Assembly: GCA_041674405.1 (NCBI GenBank)
Contig: JBAYVT010000004.1
Coordinates: 30,001 to 62,000 of the forward strand
Source: Patescibacteria group bacterium
Lineage (GTDB): Bacteria; Patescibacteriota; UBA1384; XYA2-FULL-43-10
Direction: 5' to 3'
DNA length: 32,000 nt
Under the pieces are notes generated by a model. The model made no database searches and had not been told where the DNA came from. It saw only the letters and a program-made list of their open reading frames with translations. This document shows positions 24,237-29,900 of this stretch, piece after piece. The translations under genes and the position numbers were made by a program. Position 1 is the first letter of the stretch. Every line of letters begins with the position of its first letter.

Positions 24237-24342
24237 CACAGAAACTTCACGCAGAAAAGCACAGAAAAACATTCCCGGTAGCCTGTTTCTCCGGAGAGAT
24301 TGGGGTTAAAGGTTCCGTGTGATTCTGTGTAATAATTCTGTG
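24237..24342. repeat. Dyad-symmetric 3+3 array of CACAGAA-type heptamers
   Basis: Forward copies lie at 24237-43, 24250-56 (CGCAGAA) and 24260-66. Reverse copies lie at 24313-19 (TTCCGTG), 24323-29 and 24336-42. All three pairs are symmetric about 24289.5, and the arms match at 20/30 positions. Confidence 0.8.
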
Positions 24343-24358
24343 AGGTAAATACATTGCA

Positions 24359-25420
24359 ATGATATCTCGCTTGAAACTTGAAAACTATCGAAACTACGGC
24401 AAATTTGAGCTTGTCCTCGATAAATCCACTGTTCTTGTCGGCTTGAATGGCGTGGGGAAGACCAACATCCTCGAGGCTGTTGGTCTTTTATCATTTGGCA
24501 GGTCGTTTCGCGAAGAAGACAAGAAAAACTTAGTCAAATTCGATGCAGATTACGCTCGCATTACAGGTGACGAACTTACGCTGTATTTGCAGAAAAATCC
24601 ACGACTTTTAGCCGCGGCCAAGGAGCGCGGAGTCAAAAAAAAGATGTCCGAATTTATCGGCACACTCTTAACAGTCGTGTTTTCGCCCGAAACTATAGAG
24701 ATAATTACCGGCTCGCCGGCCGAGAGGCGCCGCTTTCTTGATGTCATGATCTCTCAGGTTGAGCGGGAATATCTTCTGGCGCTTTCCGTCTACAACAAAG
24801 TCCGTAAACAGCGGAACCACTTATTGCAGCGGATCGGGGCGGGTGAGGCGTCCGAAACCGAGCTAAAATTCTGGGACGGAGAGCTTGTCAAGAGCGCCGA
24901 AATTATCAACGCGAGTAGGCGGGAGGCGGTAGTGTTTATCAATAAAATTTTGCCCGATTTTTACGCCAATATTTCCGGAGAGAAAGGGGAGCAGCCTAAG
25001 GTTGTTTATCACTGCAAATCGGGTGACGATTTGGCTGCGAAACTCGCTGAAAATTGGCGCCGCGAGGTGGCGTATGGAGCGACAATTTACGGCCCACACA
25101 GGGATGATCTCGAGTTCTATCTAGACACGCGCAATATGGCAAATTTTGCCTCGAGAGGCGAGATAAGATCGGCGATTCTGGCGCTCAAAGTCGCCGAACT
25201 CGAATTTTTAGAAAAGCATGTGAACGATCGGGCTGATCGGGAAGAGAAATATGCCTCCCCGATCCTCCTCCTAGACGATATTTTTTCCGAATTTGACCCG
25301 ATTCGCCGCGAGCATTTAGGAGCCCTTATTTTGAAGTATCAATCGCTGATAACAACGACAGAAAAAGCGCACCTATCAGCCGAGCTTCTAAAAAATTCTA
25401 AAATAATTGAGTTAAAATAA
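24359..25420 (+). CDS. recF: DNA replication and repair protein RecF
   Basis: The N-terminus is LKLENYRNY...VLVGLNGVGKTNILEA (Walker A). The signature/Walker B region is ILLLDDIFSEFD. Confidence 0.92.
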   Translation: MISRLKLENYRNYGKFELVLDKSTVLVGLNGVGKTNILEAVGLLSFGRSFREEDKKNLVKFDADYARITGDELTLYLQKNPRLLAAAKERGVKKKMSEFIGTLLTVVFSPETIEIITGSPAERRRFLDVMISQVEREYLLALSVYNKVRKQRNHLLQRIGAGEASETELKFWDGELVKSAEIINASRREAVVFINKILPDFYANISGEKGEQPKVVYHCKSGDDLAAKLAENWRREVAYGATIYGPHRDDLEFYLDTRNMANFASRGEIRSAILALKVAELEFLEKHVNDRADREEKYASPILLLDDIFSEFDPIRREHLGALILKYQSLITTTEKAHLSAELLKNSKIIELK

Positions 25421-25424
25421 TATT

Positions 25425-25697
25425 ATGGACAAGATTGAGAAGTTATTGATGGGTGCTCTCAACAAGAAGGGGCTTGCTGGAGCGGCTACAAGCTCGCATG
25501 CCTGTTTTTTGGCCGAAAAATGGGGAAAGGGGCGGCTCAAAGCCATATCCTGCTCTCGGGGGATTCTGAAGGTCTCTGTGAGCTCATCCGCTGCTGCCCA
25601 GGAACTCTCTATGGACGAAGAAGAATTGCTCTCTCATATCAATGTTAAGATGGGTCGAGAATGCGTTAAGCGTTTACGTATAATCAACTCTGATTAA
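25425..25697 (+). CDS. DUF721 (DciA-like) protein
   Basis: It is 90 aa, sits directly after recF, and GILKVSVSSSAAAQELSMDEEELLSHIN fits the remembered DUF721 pattern. Confidence 0.65.
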   Translation: MDKIEKLLMGALNKKGLAGAATSSHACFLAEKWGKGRLKAISCSRGILKVSVSSSAAAQELSMDEEELLSHINVKMGRECVKRLRIINSD

Positions 25698-25754
25698 ACG
25701 CGAAAGAGCCGCGTTGATCTTGAAGCCCCGCGATTTCCAATCGCGAGGCGTATT

Positions 25755-25780
25755 CAGCCAAAAAAGATTGGCTGATTTTT
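25755..25780 (+). terminator. Rho-independent terminator after the DUF721 gene
   Basis: CAGCCA (25755-60) pairs with TGGCTG (25769-74), followed by ATTTTT. Confidence 0.6.
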
Positions 25781-25860
25781 GGTACCGCAGGGCGAGTGGG
25801 AGAGTGATTTAAGGATATCAAAATTCTAATTGTAAATGTCAAATAATTATCCACAGAACC

Positions 25861-25889
25861 TTGACTTTGGGGCAGTATTGTGGTATATT
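25861..25889 (+). promoter_or_regulatory. Sigma70-type promoter TTGACT-N17-TATATT (with TGg extended -10) for the GC-rich CsgG-like gene
   Basis: TTGACT is at 25861-66 and TATATT at 25884-89. A perfect DnaA box, TTATCCACA (25846-54), lies 6 nt upstream of the -35. Confidence 0.6.
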
Positions 25890-25972
25890 GGAGCGTTCGA
25901 TAATAATCCTTAGGGCGCACAGCTGCGATTAGCGCAGGCGTCCAAGGTACTGATTGTCAGGAGGTGGCAGAC

Positions 25973-26893
25973 ATGCGTCTGTCCACGATAATTGGGTTAG
26001 CTATGATGTTGGTGTCGGGGGCGTTCGCGGGAGAGATCGCAGTCTGCCCGCAGCCTACCCCTCAGAGACTGGCGATCGCGCCGGTCTCTGCCTCGTCCCT
26101 TGGCCAGTTCGAGTGGTGGGTGGACGAAGAGGAGGCGGCCGGCCTGGTCGAGGAGCGAGCCTATGAGGTCGCTCCCTGCATTCTGGCCGCCTACAACATG
26201 GAGCTGGTAGAGCGGAAGATGCTCGGGATCGCAGAGGCCGAGCAGGCCTTGGCAGAGGATCCGTACATGGACCCCACTACCTTCGAGCAGCCTGGCCAGG
26301 GCGTCGGCGCCAACTGGCTCCTGGTGGTTACGGTCACCAGGATGAGCGTGGAGGATAAGTCCGTGGACGTTGAGATCCGCGGCAACTCCTATCACGCTGA
26401 GAAGTCCATGATAACGGTCTGGCTGCAGGCGCGGATCGTCAATGTGGGGACGAAAGTCGTGTCACCCGCGCTATCGATTCGCAAGAACTGCACGATCACG
26501 ACTGACCAGCAGCTCAGCCTGCAGAGCGGCGAGTGGGATCTGGGCGGTGATCAGCGGACGGACATCGTGACCGATGCCGTCTATAAGATCACCGACTCTG
26601 GTCTTGCCGAGCTCTTGGGGCAGCTGCTGCCCAAGCTTGGCATCAGGACTGGGGCGCAAGCCGGATTCCGGTACGACCCGCAGACGGGCGAACGCATTTC
26701 GGTGATTGAGCAGACATACATCTGCCCGAACCCGAGATGCAACCGGATCTCGCCGAAAGGAGCGAACTTTTGCCCCTACTGCGGCGCCAGGTTGGACCGG
26801 CCCTGCGAACCCGCACCGGCAATCGAAAGGGCGCGGCCCTGTGAGCCGCCACCAGCCGCTAACCGCGACAAGGTGAACCACGCCGGCGGATAG
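25973..26893 (+). CDS. Secreted CsgG/LpoB-like-fold protein with a C-terminal zinc ribbon and Pro-rich tail (GC-rich), start revised
   Basis: The ATG at 25973 lies 8 nt after CAGGAGG; the track used a GTG at 25964. The signal peptide is MRLSTIIGLAMMLVSGAFA. MELVERKMLGIAEAEQAL...GANWLLVVTVTRMSVEDK...ITVWLQARIVNVGT parallels the CsgG-family pattern. The zinc ribbon is CPNPRCNRISPKGANFCPYCGARL. Confidence 0.55.
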   Translation: MRLSTIIGLAMMLVSGAFAGEIAVCPQPTPQRLAIAPVSASSLGQFEWWVDEEEAAGLVEERAYEVAPCILAAYNMELVERKMLGIAEAEQALAEDPYMDPTTFEQPGQGVGANWLLVVTVTRMSVEDKSVDVEIRGNSYHAEKSMITVWLQARIVNVGTKVVSPALSIRKNCTITTDQQLSLQSGEWDLGGDQRTDIVTDAVYKITDSGLAELLGQLLPKLGIRTGAQAGFRYDPQTGERISVIEQTYICPNPRCNRISPKGANFCPYCGARLDRPCEPAPAIERARPCEPPPAANRDKVNHAGG

Positions 26894-26917
26894 CCGGCAC
26901 CAAGGAGGAGAAGTACC

Positions 26918-26954
26918 AAAGGAGCGCCCTTAACCGGGCGCTTCCTTTGTGTTT
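26918..26954. terminator. Strong hairpin terminator between convergent genes
   Basis: AAAGGAGCGCCC (26918-29) pairs with GGGCGCTTCCTTT (36-48) with a 1-nt bulge, followed by GTGTTT. Confidence 0.7.
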
Positions 26955-26975
26955 AAATAGGTTATTAGTTTTTAG

Positions 26976-29900
26976 TTAAAATCCGACATGTGTATACGCG
27001 GTAGTCTGTGGATTTGCCCACATGCCAGCCTTGGTGCCGTTACACAAGCCGTTTGTTTGCCCGCCGCCAGTGACATTTTTACATATGGTATCTGATGTAA
27101 GTGCTGACCAAGCATTTACATCTTCCCAACGGCCGGTCATGACCTGGGTTGGGACGAGCTTTTGATCATCTGTACTTGATGGCATGTCGTATAAGTTTTG
27201 GATGAATTTATTGGCCTTGTATTGTGCAGCCTCAATTATCTTTCTCTCTCTGGTTTTACTGTCTATACCATTCCATACCCCGAGATTTCCGTTGTCCACT
27301 ATATCGGGTGATGGTGGTGATTCGATGCTAGGATAATAACCATCAGCTGTACACAAGTATTCAACTTTGTAAACACCAAAGAGGTTATTGTAAAGGATAA
27401 TTGCCACATCAATTGCTGCTTGTATCCAGTTGCCATACAGAAAGCTGATAGTGGCATCCAGAAGAAGCGATAAGGTGCCAGGAGCAAGTCCGAGCTGCTC
27501 GTCCCATTTTGCCAATGTGTCGCCCAGAACAAGCCTTGCCGCATAAGAGATTGCCGCAGCCTTGGCATTTGCAAGATTGGCACCAGAAGCCCCGCTTCCG
27601 CCGGACGCAGCAAATGCCTGCTCTGCCTGTTTAAAGTTCTGGTACAAATTATAAAGATTTTGGCTTGTGCCTGGCGGCAGACCAAATGTCTTGTCAACAA
27701 ATCCGCCAACAAAGTTTAGGGCAAACGATGGGCCCCCATAAATGTCTGCTAGAGATTGAAGCTTATTTCCAGCTATTGATAGTGCCCCTTCTAAGCTTCC
27801 AGTCTGAAGAAATCCAAGAATACCACCGAATGTGCCTTGGCCGAAATCGACCCCAAAAATCGAGGCTGCCTTACCTGTAATGTAATTATCTATTGTGTTA
27901 ACGAGAGTTCCGTCGGCAGTGGCTGATCCCAAAAGGCCATTCAAAGCGCTCTTAAAGTCAAAGCTGTTCGGATCAGAAATAAAATTTTGTAGTGTTCCCA
28001 AGAATCCGCCCGGAAGAAAATCTATTCCGAGGTCATTCCGGATTAAGCCCTCGGCATATTCAAGTAGGGTAGTTGTCCGCGTCCAATCATTCCCCTGAAA
28101 CATGCTGCGGGCAAAATCGGCAGGAATATTCGGATCCAGCCTGTGCAAGGCTAAATCAATTGATTTATACTCCACTCCCTGGCTCCAAATATTTGTAGCA
28201 AAGTCGATTGCTGCTTGCCCAGCGTTTAAGACATCAAGCGCTCGAGTATTGCCAATTCGAACATTTAGAAGGCTGTCAATTGCCGCCCCTGTATCAATCC
28301 CAGCAGTAATGCGCAATCCATTGTCAACTTGAAGATTTAGAATCGGCGCACTTGAAGTATCCGATGCACCCGGGAAATTAAGGCCAATGTTAATAATCCC
28401 GTTTGGAGGCCCAAGGTTAGATGATGTAGTAGAATCGGACAATATCCCGGTTGAAACGTTGAAGGTGGCGTTACCGGCGGCGATCGTCCAGTTGTAACTA
28501 GAATTAGTCAGCTGGTTCCATCTTTGTTGCTCTGCTGCCAGGCGAACGGCAATTTCCTGTGTTAAATCTCCATATACCAATCGCGTTAGATCGCTAAAAT
28601 TAAACTTGAATGAATTTAGGGCATTTATTGCGTTGTCGTATGTTTCAAATATTCCCAAATTGAAGGGCAATCCGTCTTTGCCGGAATACATTTGGGGGAT
28701 ATTCATGACTGCACCTAGGAGCTGAATCGGCCTAAAATCCCCATAGAGAATTTGCTGGAAAGTTGAAGAGTCAAACCCGTCCATGTTTAGGAGATTTTTG
28801 AGAGAATATTCCAGGTTGCCGGCAATATCTTTGATCGTGAAATTAACTTGCAAATCTTTAAAAGCGTCCCCGACAAGTGTGTTTAACTGTCCCCCGATCG
28901 TGGACTTGAGGCAAGATTCCGTATCTCCACTGCCGCCAAATATCGAGAGCCCGCATCTTATGTCCGGATTGCCCAAGATCAATGTCTTGAATACTGAAGT
29001 CAATCCTAAACTGCTGTCAAATGCCTCGGCACCAAAGGATATTAATCTGTTAAAAGTTGTCTGAGGGTCTTGCAGAATTGTGGCCATGGTGCCTTCCGGC
29101 AAACCGGCTTTTTTATCCAGATTCCAAGAGAAAATATTGTTTAATGTACCATAAAGATCACCCATGTTATCGCCGGGATCTTTGATCCAGGTGATGAGAT
29201 TGTTTATGTCGCCATCTGTTATTTGCCTGTCGCTGCCGTCTTGTAGCCCGAGTCCTTTTATCAAACCCGAAATCAAATTGTTCTGAGTTGCGGCATCAGT
29301 AACCTGGCGTACGTATTGGTTTATCGGGAAAATCTCACCCAGGCTTCCCGCGGTTGGCGAGGCAAGAAGCTTGACTGTTGTGCCATCCGGCAGCCCGAGA
29401 TTGCGATCCAGAAAAGATAATCTGCCAACGAAGTTGTTCCACGAAGGTTCGTTCTGGCTAAATAAGGTGGCAATTGTATCCGAATTAAATCCACCGGTGC
29501 TTCCTTTTGAGACCAGGGAATCAATTGTCTTTTGTAATGCATCATTCACTCCGGTCCAGTTAGTGCCTAAGGCCTGGTAATAAGTTACAACGGAGTTTAG
29601 TTTTTGATAAAAGCTGTTTCCTGCATTCACATTAAAGAAATTTTCACCCATAGACTTTAATTCTGCATTTACAACACTGATCTCTTCTTGGCTTACCGGA
29701 ATTTGGAACGCTTCGGCAAATTTAACAACCCCGACATTCTTTGCAACACCCAAAATATTTCCGCTTTTTAGCGACCCAGCCGGTAATCCGAGCAGTGACT
29801 CTGCTTTATTTGACCCAACACTGCTACCGGTGAACAAAGAAGCCAAGTCAAGGTTGCCTGTGCCAATAGAGTTACCGATAAGATTAGTTGATATTTGAGT

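Noticed and set aside
25684-25920. 78-aa minus-strand ORF between the DUF721 gene and the third GC-rich cassette
   Set aside because: It spans a terminator hairpin and the cassette promoter, and it has no SD or recognisable motif.
25954-26881. Alternative-frame ORFs in the third GC-rich block (25954-26166, 25997-26395, 26191-26385, 26471-26881, 26643-26852)
   Set aside because: The same GC-driven artefact applies. They overlap the frame that carries the signal peptide, the CsgG-like pattern and the zinc ribbon.
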